Positions 1-9,500 of a stretch of DNA of 64,000 nt are shown in pieces. The notes under the pieces are model-generated. The model worked only from the letters and a program-made list of their open reading frames with translations. It ran no database searches and was not told the DNA's origin. The position numbers and the translations under genes are program-made. This DNA is from Candidatus Latescibacterota bacterium (GTDB lineage Bacteria > Latescibacterota > UBA2968 > UBA8231): NCBI GenBank assembly GCA_965206595.1, contig OZ242214.1, forward strand, positions 864,001 through 928,000. The letters run 5' to 3'. Within the stretch, counting starts at the first letter, position 1; each line of letters begins with the position of its first letter.

Positions 1-1611
1 GGAGCCGGCGGCCACCAAAACGCCGCGCGCCTCGACCGGGCTGAGGTTGACCAGGGTCAGGGCCATGCCGTCCGCCTCCAGGCGCGTCACCAGGGCGGCC
101 ACGTCCGGGGGCAGGCCGGGCCGCCGCCGCTCCGGGTCGTAGTAGCGCACCCGCCCCTGGGCGAGTCCACCCCAGTAGATCGGCTGCGGGCCGCCGCTGG
201 TCAGCTGCACGAGGGCTTCGGTCACCACCGGGTTGACCTGCTGCCACCAGTGCACGTCGAGGGCGGTCAGGTCCTGCTCATCGGCAAGCACCCTGGCGAG
301 CCGGTCGCAGACCTCGCGGTAGTTCGCCTGCAGGATGCGTTCGGGATAGTCCGGGGCCTCGCCGGCGAGGAAGCGCGTCCAGGCGCGGTCGTCCGCGGCG
401 CGCACTGACCGCTGGGTTACGCCTGCCCACTCCTCCTCCCCGCCGCGGCGCAGGACCTCGAGGCGCTGCCGGTCCTCTTCGGCCATCGACGCCGCCCACA
501 GGTGCACGGGCAGGTGGGGGGCGGCCGCACCGAACTCGCACCAGCCCTCGGAGGTGTGCTTGTGCGGCACCAGCAGGCGGCCCTCCTCCTTCCTGGCATG
601 GGCGATCAGGGTGTCGAGGTGCATGCGCGGCAGCTCGAGATACCCTGCGTCCCCGGTCACCAGGCAGGCCGCTTCCGCGGCGATGGTCACGGCGCAGGAC
701 ATCATCTGGTGGCCGTAGGTCCCGGTCCATCCGTAGAAGCCCCCCCACCATTCGCCCCCCCGGGTTTCCCCGACGATGCCGCCGTGGCCGACGTTGTCCG
801 GGACGATCCCTCCGTTGGCCCGGGTGCGCTCGATCCAGGCGCCGGCGTACTCCTCGATCCAGCCGCGGTAGCGCGCCTCCCCGGTGTAGAGGAAGGCGGT
901 CGCCATCAGGGGAACGATCCCGAGGTTGACGGTGACGTCCCCCTGCATCACCACCTCGTCGAAACGGCGGTGGACCTGCTCCCGCAGGTCCGCGTCCAGC
1001 CACCACTCCGGCGGCGGCGGCTTCCACCCCGGACCGAGGGTGGCGTGCCCGTGCTCGATGTTGTAGCGGACGTCGCTGAAGCGCGCGCTCGCACGCGGCC
1101 CCCTGCTGCCGCTGAACGGCGAGCGCACGATCCGGTGCCGCGGGTCGTAGTTGGGAGCCTCGGGGTCTTCCCCGAGGTAAAAGCCGGCGAAGCGCCGCGC
1201 CCGGCGCATCGTCTCCCGGCTGGTCGGGTCGGCCATGCCGAGGTGGTAGAAATAGATGTAGTTCTCGGCGTTGTGGAACCAGTCGTCGTCGCTGATGAAC
1301 TCCCTGTGGGCGCGGCCGTAGTCGTACTCGATCTGGCGGGTGACGGCGTTCCACTGCTCGAACGACTTGACCCCGGTGTAGTCGCTGCCGCCGAGGGCGT
1401 GGTAGTGGGGCCAGTTGAAGAAGGCCTCGTACAGGTCGTCGGCCCAGACCCCGTCCCCGGGGTAGTCCTCGCGCCAGACGAGGGCGCCCCCCCGGCGGGT
1501 GTACTTCTCGAGAAAGATCCGCGCCGCGGCGTCGATGGCGTCGATCAACTGCCGCTCGAGGACCGCCCATCCTGGCGGGGCGGTGCGTTCGCTGCCCGTA
1601 ATGGTCTTCAT
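1..1611 (-). CDS. Conserved hypothetical protein, partial (3' end runs off the window); paralog of 58145..59923
   Basis: Absent from the ORF track because it has no stop in the window. Manual translation: MKTITGSERTAPPGWAVLERQLIDAID...DDLYEAFFNWP...DWFHNAE...RRFAGFYLGEDPEAPNYDPRHRIVRSPFSGSRGP...RVRYYDPERRRPGLPPDVAALV...LTLVNL, colinear with the 592-aa ORF. Alternative in-frame ATG at 1623. Confidence 0.88.
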   Translation of the reverse strand, partial: MKTITGSERTAPPGWAVLERQLIDAIDAAARIFLEKYTRRGGALVWREDYPGDGVWADDLYEAFFNWPHYHALGGSDYTGVKSFEQWNAVTRQIEYDYGRAHREFISDDDWFHNAENYIYFYHLGMADPTSRETMRRARRFAGFYLGEDPEAPNYDPRHRIVRSPFSGSRGPRASARFSDVRYNIEHGHATLGPGWKPPPPEWWLDADLREQVHRRFDEVVMQGDVTVNLGIVPLMATAFLYTGEARYRGWIEEYAGAWIERTRANGGIVPDNVGHGGIVGETRGGEWWGGFYGWTGTYGHQMMSCAVTIAAEAACLVTGDAGYLELPRMHLDTLIAHARKEEGRLLVPHKHTSEGWCEFGAAAPHLPVHLWAASMAEEDRQRLEVLRRGGEEEWAGVTQRSVRAADDRAWTRFLAGEAPDYPERILQANYREVCDRLARVLADEQDLTALDVHWWQQVNPVVTEALVQLTSGGPQPIYWGGLAQGRVRYYDPERRRPGLPPDVAALVTRLEADGMALTLVNLSPVEARGVLVAAGS

Positions 1612-1682
1612 CAATGGAGTCATCCCTCTGTTTTCTGCCCGTGGCCGGCGGCGGGGAGCGTGCCGGGTGACTGCGGCCGCCC

Positions 1683-2459
1683 TCATTCCTCGCCGGCGAA
1701 AATTCTGCGGAACTCCGCGAACGACACGCGCAGATCGATGTTCTGGCAGTCGATGGCCGTGACCGGCGTGTCCCGGCGCGTGTAGCTCCAGCGCACTGGC
1801 TGCTCGAAGTGCCAGAGCCGGAGGGAGCGGTAGTAGCGGCTCAGCAGCTCGTCGGTGCGCTCGTTGCGCGAGCCGCTCGGGTAGGCGAAGTGGCTGGGGG
1901 CGAACCCGAGGCGCCGCTCGAAGATGCTGTTGGCGAGCTCGGCTTCGCGCAGCACGCCCCCGTCTCCTTCCTCGGCGTGGCGGTCGGCCAGCTTGCAGTG
2001 GGTCGCTGTGTGGGCGCCGATCTCCCAGCCGTCTTCGACGAGCCGCGCCACCTGCTCCCAGGTCATGAACGGCTTCTCGACCACCCCCTCGGTGAGGGTG
2101 CGCACCGCCGCGGAACGCCCACTGCTGGCCGCATCGATGCCGTCGGTGATCGGGAAGCAGGTGGCGGGGTACCCGAAGTCGTCGAGGAGCGGCTTGACCA
2201 CGGTGGCCGTGTCGAGCCAGCCGTTGTCGAAGTGCAGGACCGCGGCCTTTTCGGGCAGCCCGGTTTCGCCGAGGAGCCAGTCGACGACGCGGGAGGTGCC
2301 GGCCACCGTCCAGCCGCCGGCGCGCAGGTATTCGAGGTGCCGGGTGAACTCCGACAGAGCGACGACGCCGGCGGTCCGGGCGGCAACGGCAGCGGCCAGT
2401 TCCGCGGAGTCATCGGGGTACACGTGGTGGTAGACGAGAATCGGTACGCAGCGGTCCAT
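1683..2459 (-). CDS. Polysaccharide deacetylase (NodB/CE4) family protein
   Basis: PILVYHHV, LHFDNGW (motif 1 variant), ATCFPIT, MTWEQV, WEIGAHTATH, FAYPSG. Start set to ATG 2459 (MDRCV). Confidence 0.85.
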   Translation of the reverse strand: MDRCVPILVYHHVYPDDSAELAAAVAARTAGVVALSEFTRHLEYLRAGGWTVAGTSRVVDWLLGETGLPEKAAVLHFDNGWLDTATVVKPLLDDFGYPATCFPITDGIDAASSGRSAAVRTLTEGVVEKPFMTWEQVARLVEDGWEIGAHTATHCKLADRHAEEGDGGVLREAELANSIFERRLGFAPSHFAYPSGSRNERTDELLSRYYRSLRLWHFEQPVRWSYTRRDTPVTAIDCQNIDLRVSFAEFRRIFAGEE

Positions 2460-2519
2460 CTTTGTCCTTCCCGGGTGCTGTCCCTTTCTTTGGAGCCGCT
2501 CAATCTGGAGCAACCAGCC

Positions 2520-2561
2520 GATGCAAACAAACGCCGACTTGATGCAAACAAACGCCGACTT
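2520..2561 (+). repeat. Perfect 21-bp tandem duplication (gatgcaaacaaacgccgactt x2) covering a start codon
   Basis: Read directly; encodes MQTNADL-MQTNADL. Confidence 0.95.
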
Positions 2562-3462
2562 AGTAACGCGGTTCGCCTTCATCACCGATACCCATTACCA
2601 CCCGGACGCCCCCTGGGATTTCGGGGCGCCGAAAATGCTCACCCGCGCCCCGGAGGTCCTGGCGGCCACGGTTCCCGCGGTCAACGCGCTGCAGCCTGAC
2701 TTCATCCTGCACGGGGGGGATCTGGTCTGCGGGGGTACCGCCTTCGAACTGCCGGACGATCTCTACGAGCAGTCCCTGCGCGACGTCGCCGCGGCGTTCG
2801 CCGGGTTCGAGGCCCCGGTCCACTGCGTTCCCGGCAATCACGACTGCCGGGCAAGCGACCTCTCCTTCGATGCCCTCGGCAGCACCTTCCCGGTTCCCGG
2901 CATCCTCGAGATCGCCGAGGTCGCCCCCCGCCTCCGGGTCGCCCTCGCCAACGTCTACCACACCGGCCACGGAGACGGCGGCGGCCTCTGGACCGACGAG
3001 CTCGATGCCGCCCTGCGCGCGGCAAATCGCGACGCCCTGGCCGCCGGTTCGGCGCTCATTCTCGTTCAGCACCCCTGGATCCTCCCCAACTTCGTACCGG
3101 AAGGGGGCGGGGAAGACGCTGGTTGCATAGAGGGCGCCGTGCGGCTGCGCGCCACCCTCCGCGAATGCCCTGCCGTGGTCGCGGCCTTTACCGGCCACCG
3201 CCACATCAACCGCATTCGCATGCTGGGGGACCTCGTCGTCGTCGACACTGCCTGCCTGATCGGCTACCCCTTCGGGTTCCGGGAGGTGGCGCTAGATTCA
3301 CGGGGCTGGATGACCTGCCGCTTCCACCCGCTCGACCTGCCCGAGCTGATCCGGGAATCCTACGGCCGTTCCGACGAGCTCACGAACGACCGCTGGCGGG
3401 GCGAAGAGGGGGACCGGGACACAGTTGTCCTGCTGCCCAGGCTGCGGGAGCTGTGGCGGTAA
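2521..3462 (+). CDS. Calcineurin-like metallophosphoesterase
   Basis: Motifs DTH, GGDL, PGNHD, QHP, GHRH. Confidence 0.9.
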   Translation: MQTNADLMQTNADLVTRFAFITDTHYHPDAPWDFGAPKMLTRAPEVLAATVPAVNALQPDFILHGGDLVCGGTAFELPDDLYEQSLRDVAAAFAGFEAPVHCVPGNHDCRASDLSFDALGSTFPVPGILEIAEVAPRLRVALANVYHTGHGDGGGLWTDELDAALRAANRDALAAGSALILVQHPWILPNFVPEGGGEDAGCIEGAVRLRATLRECPAVVAAFTGHRHINRIRMLGDLVVVDTACLIGYPFGFREVALDSRGWMTCRFHPLDLPELIRESYGRSDELTNDRWRGEEGDRDTVVLLPRLRELWR

Positions 3463-3470
3463 CCGGGGCC

Positions 3471-5576
3471 ATGGCGAGTCTCGCGATCGACATCGGCGGC
3501 ACCTTCACCGACGTGGTGGTGGTCCGCTCCGGACCGGAGTCCCTGTCGGCAGCCAAGGTCCTCACTACCTATCCCGACCCCTCCCGGGGGGTGCTGGAAG
3601 GGGCGGCGAAAGCCTTGGAGTCCGCCGCGGTGCCGCCGGCGCAGGTCGAGCGCCTGATCCACGGCACCACCCTGATCACCAACGCCCTGATCGAGCGCAA
3701 GGGCGCGCGCACCGGCCTGCTGACGACGGCCGGCTTCAGGGACGCCCTGGAGATCGGCCGCGAGGGGCGCTACGACATCTACGACCTCTTCCTCGAGCTG
3801 CCCGAGCCCCTGGTCGAGCGGCGGCTGCGGCTCGAGGTGAGCGAGCGCCTGAACGCGCGCGGCGAAGTGCTGGAGGAGCTGGACGAAACCACGGTCCGCC
3901 AGGCCTGCATGCAGCTGGCCGAGGAAGGGGTCGAGGCGGTGGCGGTCTGTTTCCTGCACTCCTATGCCAACTCCGATCACGAGCGCCGCGCCGCGGCGAT
4001 AGCCTCCGAGCTGCTGCCCGAAGCCGCGGTCTCCGCCTCCCATGCAGTCGCTCCGCAGATGCGCGAGTACGAGCGCGCCTCGACGACGGTCGCCAACGCC
4101 TACGTAAAGCAGCTGGCCGGGCGCTACCTGAACAACCTCCAGGACGGCATGCGCCGCCTCGGGGTGCCGGCGCCGCTGCACGTCACGCTCTCCAACGGCG
4201 GCACCGCGACCGCGGCCACCGCGGCCGAGTTCCCGGTGCGGCTGGTCGAGTCCGGCCCGTGCGGCGGCGCCCTGGCGGCCGCGGAGGCGGCGAGGCGCTG
4301 CGGCTTCGAGGACCTGCTCGCCTTCGACATGGGGGGGACCACGGCCAAGGCCTTCCTCAGCACAGGTGGGGAGTTCCCGATCACCACCGAGTCCGAGGTT
4401 GCCCGCGTGTACCGCTTCAAACGCGGCAGCGGACTGCCCCTGCTGGTCCCGGTGCTGGACATGATCGAAATCGGCGCAGGCGGCGGCAGCATCGCCCGCA
4501 TCGACCCGCTCGGCCTGCCCGCGGTCGGCCCGGAGAGCGCCGGCTCTTCCCCGGGGCCGGCCTGTTACGGCCTCGGCGGGGAGCTTCCGACGGTCACCGA
4601 CGCCGACCTTCTGCTCGGTTTTCTGAACCCCGACTTCTTCCTCGGAGGGGAGATGGCCCTCGACCCGGAGGCCGCGGCGCGGGCGGTCTCCCGCATCGCC
4701 CGCGGCCTGAGCGACCCGGACCGGGCCGGGGGCGATGCGGGCAAACCTGATACCGCCGCGGCGGCCTGGGGGATCCACCGGCTGGTCAACGAGAACATGG
4801 CCAACGCCGCGCGCGTCCACGCCGCCGAGCGCGGCCTCGACGTCGCCGCCTGCGTCATGGTCGCCACCGGCGGCGCCGGTCCGGTGCACGCCTGCAAGGT
4901 CGCCGAGCTGCTCGGCATCGAGACGGTGATCGTGCCGGGCGCGGCAGGGGTCTCGTCGGCGATCGGGCTGCTGCTGGCGCCGCTGTCGTTCGACTTCTCG
5001 CAGTCCCTCGTCGCCCGGCTGGAGGAGGTCGACCCCGGCAGGGTCGACGAGCTGCTCGCCGGCCTCGAAATCCGGGGGCGCGGCATCGTCGCCGCCGGAG
5101 GCGTGTCCGGGGAGCAGGTCGAGGTGGTGCGCACCGCGGACATGCGCTACGTCGGCCAGGGGCACGAGATCCGCGTGCAGTTGCCGGACGGCAGCCTTCA
5201 GGAACAGCCAGGAACCGCGCTGCAGGAGGCCTTCGACGCCGAGTACAGCAGGTCGTACGGGCGCATCTGCGAGGGGGTTCCCGTCGAGGCCATCCACTGG
5301 CGCGTCACCGTCTCCGGGCCCAGGCCGCGGCTGCGGCTGCGGACCCCGGGGTCGTGCGGGACGCCGCTGAAGGGGGAACGCGAAGTCTTCTTCGACGGCT
5401 GCCCGCGGCCGGTGCCGGTCTTCGACCGCTACGCCCTGCCGGCCGCTTTCACCGCAACGGGCCCCCTGATCGTCGAAGAGGTGGAATCGACGACGGTGGT
5501 GCCGCCGGGCTGGAGCCTGAGCTCGACGGAGACAGGGGAGCTGCTGGCCCGAAGCAGCCGATCCCGGAGCGCCTGA
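3471..5576 (+). CDS. Hydantoinase A / oxoprolinase family (ATP-binding subunit)
   Basis: IDIGGTFTD, HGTTLITNA, ESGP, FDMGGTTAK, IGAGGGSIA, GPESAG, TVTDADL. Start trimmed to ATG 3471 (MASLAID). Confidence 0.93.
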   Translation: MASLAIDIGGTFTDVVVVRSGPESLSAAKVLTTYPDPSRGVLEGAAKALESAAVPPAQVERLIHGTTLITNALIERKGARTGLLTTAGFRDALEIGREGRYDIYDLFLELPEPLVERRLRLEVSERLNARGEVLEELDETTVRQACMQLAEEGVEAVAVCFLHSYANSDHERRAAAIASELLPEAAVSASHAVAPQMREYERASTTVANAYVKQLAGRYLNNLQDGMRRLGVPAPLHVTLSNGGTATAATAAEFPVRLVESGPCGGALAAAEAARRCGFEDLLAFDMGGTTAKAFLSTGGEFPITTESEVARVYRFKRGSGLPLLVPVLDMIEIGAGGGSIARIDPLGLPAVGPESAGSSPGPACYGLGGELPTVTDADLLLGFLNPDFFLGGEMALDPEAAARAVSRIARGLSDPDRAGGDAGKPDTAAAAWGIHRLVNENMANAARVHAAERGLDVAACVMVATGGAGPVHACKVAELLGIETVIVPGAAGVSSAIGLLLAPLSFDFSQSLVARLEEVDPGRVDELLAGLEIRGRGIVAAGGVSGEQVEVVRTADMRYVGQGHEIRVQLPDGSLQEQPGTALQEAFDAEYSRSYGRICEGVPVEAIHWRVTVSGPRPRLRLRTPGSCGTPLKGEREVFFDGCPRPVPVFDRYALPAAFTATGPLIVEEVESTTVVPPGWSLSSTETGELLARSSRSRSA

Positions 5577-5580
5577 AACG

Positions 5581-7305
5581 ATGGACGACGTCACCCTCGA
5601 AGTACTCTGGAGCCGCCTGATCTCGATCACCAACGAGCAGGCCGCGGCCCTCATGCACTCCTCGTTCACCACGGTCGTGCGCGAGGCCGGCGATCTCTCG
5701 GCCGGGGTTTTCGACCGCGGCGGCAACATGCTCGCCCAGGCGGTGACAGGAACCCCCGGGCACATCAACACCATGGCGACCGGGGTCCGGCACTTCGCGC
5801 GCAAGCACCCGATCGACAGCCTGAGGCCGGGGGACAGCCTGGTGACCAACGACCCGTGGATCGTCTCCGGACACCTTCACGACATCACCGTCGTTACCCC
5901 GGTGTTCCACCGCGGCAGGGGAGTCGGCTGGTTCGCCAACACCTGTCACGCCATGGACATCGGCGGCCGCACCCTCGGAGCCGACGCCCGCGAGGTGTTC
6001 GAGGAGGGGCTCAACATCCCGATCATGAAGCTGTTCCGCGAGGGGGAGCTCAACCGCGAGCTGATCGACATCGTGCGCGCCAACGTGCGCGTCCCCGACG
6101 AGGTGGAGGGGGATCTCTACGCCCAGCAGGCCGGCAACGACGCCGGCGCCAGCAAGCTGATCCGGATGATGGAAGAGGAGGGCCTGGAGGACATCGAGGA
6201 TCTGTCGGGGGCGATCCTCGGCCGCTCCGAGAAGGCGACGGGGGACGCGATCGCCGCCATCGCCGACGGCACCTATGAGGACGAGGTCGAGATCGACGGT
6301 TTCGACGAGTCCCTGAAGATACGCGCCGCCATTACCGTGGCGGGACGGCGCATCACCGTCGACTACGCCGGCAGCTCCCCCCAGGTCGACCGCGGCATCA
6401 ACGTCGTCTACAACTACACCCACGCCTACACCACCTACCCCATCAAGTGCGCCGTCAGCCCCGAGGTTCCCAACAACGAGGGCAGCTTCCGGCCGGTAAC
6501 GGTGCGCGCTCCCGAAGGCACGATCCTCAACGCGCGCTTTCCGTGCGCGGTCGGGGCGCGCCACCTGATCGGCCACTTCCTGTCGCAGGCGGTGTTCGGG
6601 GCACTGTCGCAGGTGATTCCCGGGCGCGTCCTCGCCGACGGCTCGGCCGGGCTCTGGAACACGCAGCTCGAAGGGCGCGACCGCGACGGCCGGCTGTTCG
6701 CCTACATCTTCTTCTCCGCCGGCGGCATGGGCGCACGCCCGGACAGCGACGGGCTGTCGGCGACCGCCTTTCCCAGCGGCATCCGCGGCGTCCCGGCCGA
6801 GGCGATAGAGTCGGTGTCTCCGGTGCTGATGCTGCGGCGGGCCCTGCGTCCGGACTCGGGCGGGGCGGGGAAGTTCCGGGGCGGCCTCGGCCAGGAGATG
6901 GTGCTCAAGATCGACAGCGAGGAGGAGACCCTGCACTCGCCGATGTACGACCGCACCCGGTCCGCGGCCAGGGGGTTCGACGGCGGCGGGGACGGCGCCC
7001 CGGGGGAGTTCTTTCGCGGGAACGGAACCCCGCTGCACCCGAAGAAAAAGTACCTGCTGCAGCCGGACGAGACGGTGACCCTGCGGCTACCCGGCGGCGG
7101 CGGCTTCGGCTCGCCCCTCGAGCGCGACCCGGGCAAGGTGCTCGAGGACGTACGCCAGGGCCGGGTCACCCCGGAGGCGGCCCTGAGGGAGTACGGCGTG
7201 GTCGTCGACACGGAGCGCTGGGCCGTCAACACCGAGGCGACCGCGGCGGCGCGCCAGGCCCTGCGCAGGCGGGCGGAACCCGAACCGGAAGGAGGAGGTC
7301 AATGA
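5581..7305 (+). CDS. Hydantoinase B / oxoprolinase family subunit
   Basis: REAGDLSAG, NDPW..GHLHD, HAMDIGG, EEGLNIP, DSGGAGKFRGGLG, PGGGGFGSPLERDP; starts 4 nt after the A subunit. Confidence 0.93.
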   Translation: MDDVTLEVLWSRLISITNEQAAALMHSSFTTVVREAGDLSAGVFDRGGNMLAQAVTGTPGHINTMATGVRHFARKHPIDSLRPGDSLVTNDPWIVSGHLHDITVVTPVFHRGRGVGWFANTCHAMDIGGRTLGADAREVFEEGLNIPIMKLFREGELNRELIDIVRANVRVPDEVEGDLYAQQAGNDAGASKLIRMMEEEGLEDIEDLSGAILGRSEKATGDAIAAIADGTYEDEVEIDGFDESLKIRAAITVAGRRITVDYAGSSPQVDRGINVVYNYTHAYTTYPIKCAVSPEVPNNEGSFRPVTVRAPEGTILNARFPCAVGARHLIGHFLSQAVFGALSQVIPGRVLADGSAGLWNTQLEGRDRDGRLFAYIFFSAGGMGARPDSDGLSATAFPSGIRGVPAEAIESVSPVLMLRRALRPDSGGAGKFRGGLGQEMVLKIDSEEETLHSPMYDRTRSAARGFDGGGDGAPGEFFRGNGTPLHPKKKYLLQPDETVTLRLPGGGGFGSPLERDPGKVLEDVRQGRVTPEAALREYGVVVDTERWAVNTEATAAARQALRRRAEPEPEGGGQ

Positions 7306-8501
7306 CCCTGACAGAACAGCTCGTCGACCTCAGGCCGGACCCCGGCGGCGGGGACCGCATCGCTGTCGTGCGGGACGGAGAGGTCTCGTACCTGCCGGCG
7401 CAGCGCGTCGATCTCGGCATCGACCACCAGGGCGCCTCGGGAAGCTGCCGCTACATCCGCCGGGCAGGGGACGGCGACCTGTTCGTCACCGGACCCACCT
7501 TCGAGCGCCGCATGTTCCGTTCCGCGGACGGGGGCCGGTCCTGGTCCGGGCACCAGTACGACCTCGGCATGGAGCGCTTCGACCTCGAGCAGATGCCGAG
7601 GGACAGCGAGGCCGGCTGGGTCGGGGCCTTCGAGATCCTCGAAGACGGCACCTTCCTGCTCAACGTCATGCCCTCGAACCACCGCCGCAACAGCGAGTCG
7701 TACATCGCCCGCTCCGGCGACCGCGGCGCCACCTGGTCGGTCGAGCGCATGGAGCTGCCGCTCGGAAATCACCGCTCCGTGGCCGCGGGCAACTCCGACA
7801 TGATCCAGCTCTCCGACGGCACCCTGCTGCTGACCATGGACCTCTTCTTCTACCTCGAGATGGCGGAGGAGAAGGAGGTGCCGGTCGAGCAGCGGGGGGT
7901 GTTCGCCCATCTCCTGCGCTCCGGCGACGGCGGCGTCACCTGGCCGGAGAAGAGCCCCCTGGTGATGCACGGCGCCGAGGTCCACCTGCTCGAGCTGCCG
8001 TCGGGGAAGCTGCTGTCCGCCATCCGCAAGCAGCGCAACATCCGCCTCCCCGGCGACCCGGAGGATATCGAGGCGGAGATGCGCGCCAACGGCTACGACC
8101 CGGAGTACACCGGGTTCGAGGAGCCGATCGACGACGAGGCCGCCCGCGTCAAGTCGGTGTTCGTGTCGGAGTCGGGGGACGCCGGCCGCACCTGGGTGAA
8201 CGAACGGCGGGTCACCGGGTACGAGCAGTGCTCCGGCGAGCTCACCCTGCTCGCCGACGGCACCACCCTCGTGCTCGCCTACGACAGCCGCTACCACGAC
8301 CGCTTCGCCCGCGCCGGGGTGCGCGCCCGGGTCAGCTACGACGCTGGCGGCACCTGGGAGCCGGAGGAGTACATCCTCGGAGAGGGGGAGAACTACGCCG
8401 GCTGCATCGCCATGCCGGACGGCACCCTGATCACGGCATGCCCCTACCGGCACTGCGGTCCGATCCAGGCCGTGCACTGGAAGCCGCCGCCGAAGGGGTG
8501 A
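7302..8501 (+). CDS. BNR/Asp-box (sialidase-like beta-propeller) protein
   Basis: Asp-boxes SADGGRSW, SGDRGATW, SGDGGVTW, SGDAGRTW, SYDAGGTW; RBS GGAGGAGG; ATGA overlap with the upstream stop. Confidence 0.85.
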   Translation: MTLTEQLVDLRPDPGGGDRIAVVRDGEVSYLPAQRVDLGIDHQGASGSCRYIRRAGDGDLFVTGPTFERRMFRSADGGRSWSGHQYDLGMERFDLEQMPRDSEAGWVGAFEILEDGTFLLNVMPSNHRRNSESYIARSGDRGATWSVERMELPLGNHRSVAAGNSDMIQLSDGTLLLTMDLFFYLEMAEEKEVPVEQRGVFAHLLRSGDGGVTWPEKSPLVMHGAEVHLLELPSGKLLSAIRKQRNIRLPGDPEDIEAEMRANGYDPEYTGFEEPIDDEAARVKSVFVSESGDAGRTWVNERRVTGYEQCSGELTLLADGTTLVLAYDSRYHDRFARAGVRARVSYDAGGTWEPEEYILGEGENYAGCIAMPDGTLITACPYRHCGPIQAVHWKPPPKG

Positions 8502-8772
8502 TCCGGCTGCGGAATTCAGCCGGGCGGCGGCAAAGGGAGGTCCCGCTGCGGGGTTCCCGGCCCCGAAGAGGCGAGGGGCTGGCCTGGGGTATCCACCGCG
8601 ACCCCTGGCGCCGGGGTGAACCGGCGAGGGGGCAGTACCTCATCGCCATCCATGCGATGACTGGTGCCTTTGGCGAACAAGCGTATGAACGAGGGCGCCG
8701 CAGCAAGCCGGGATGCCGTGGCCGAATTCACGCGGAACTCGGCGCTCAGGCACCTGACCAAAGAGGGCGGAG

Positions 8773-9500
8773 ATGACCATAGCCAATGATCGGCGGCAAC
8801 AGTTCGAAACGGAGGGATACCTCGTACTCGAGGAGGCGATCGCGGGGAGCGAGCTGACCCGCCTGCAGGAGGCCTTCGACTCGGCCGCCCGGGCCGGCAA
8901 GGCGAACTGGCTCGCCGGAATAGCCGCGGGCAGGACGCCTCCCGGGTTCTACGACCTGCCGGACCCGTTGTCGAGGGACGGCGTCTTCCTCGATCTCGCC
9001 GACCACCCGAGCTACTACGAGACCCTGATGGAGCTCACCGGCGGGGAGCTGATCTTCCTGGGGATCGCCGCCCGGCTCCTGCCGCCGAGCCCGGTCAGCT
9101 ACACCGGGTGGCATCCCGACGACCTGCACAGCGGCCCGCCGATGCTGCTGAAGGTCCAGAGATCTACGTCGACGACGTCGACTCCCGCGAAGGGGCGTTC
9201 GCCTTCGTGCCGGGAAGCCACAGGCCCGGTTCCGGCCCCTATCCGTACGTCGCCCGCCTCGACAGCATGCCCGGGCACAAGGTCATCCTCGGCAAGGCGG
9301 GCACCGCGGTCATCTTCGACGCCTTCGGCTGGCATACCGCCTGGAGCAACCGCGGCACCCGGCCGCGCAAGTCGGTGATCCTCACCTACGAAAAGCCGGA
9401 CGAACCGAAGCAGAGCCCCTTCTCCGGGCTCGCGGACAGGCTCGCTACGCCGGAGCGCCGCCGGTTGTTTCTGTGGGAAACCCGAGCAGGCAAGCCATGA
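8773..9500 (+). pseudogene. Phytanoyl-CoA dioxygenase (PhyH) family, frameshifted at ~9160
   Basis: QQFETEGYLVLE...GWHPD..LKVQ continues in another frame as IYVDDV...FVPGSH...GTAVIFD..WH..NRGTRPRKSV. Extra AG at 9160-9161 (gtccag-ag-atctac). May be a sequencing error. Confidence 0.85.

Noticed and set aside
8502-8772. Gap with a protein-like stretch (GQYLIAIHAMTGAFGEQAY)
   Set aside because: No recognisable family, start or RNA motif; may be another remnant but cannot be supported.
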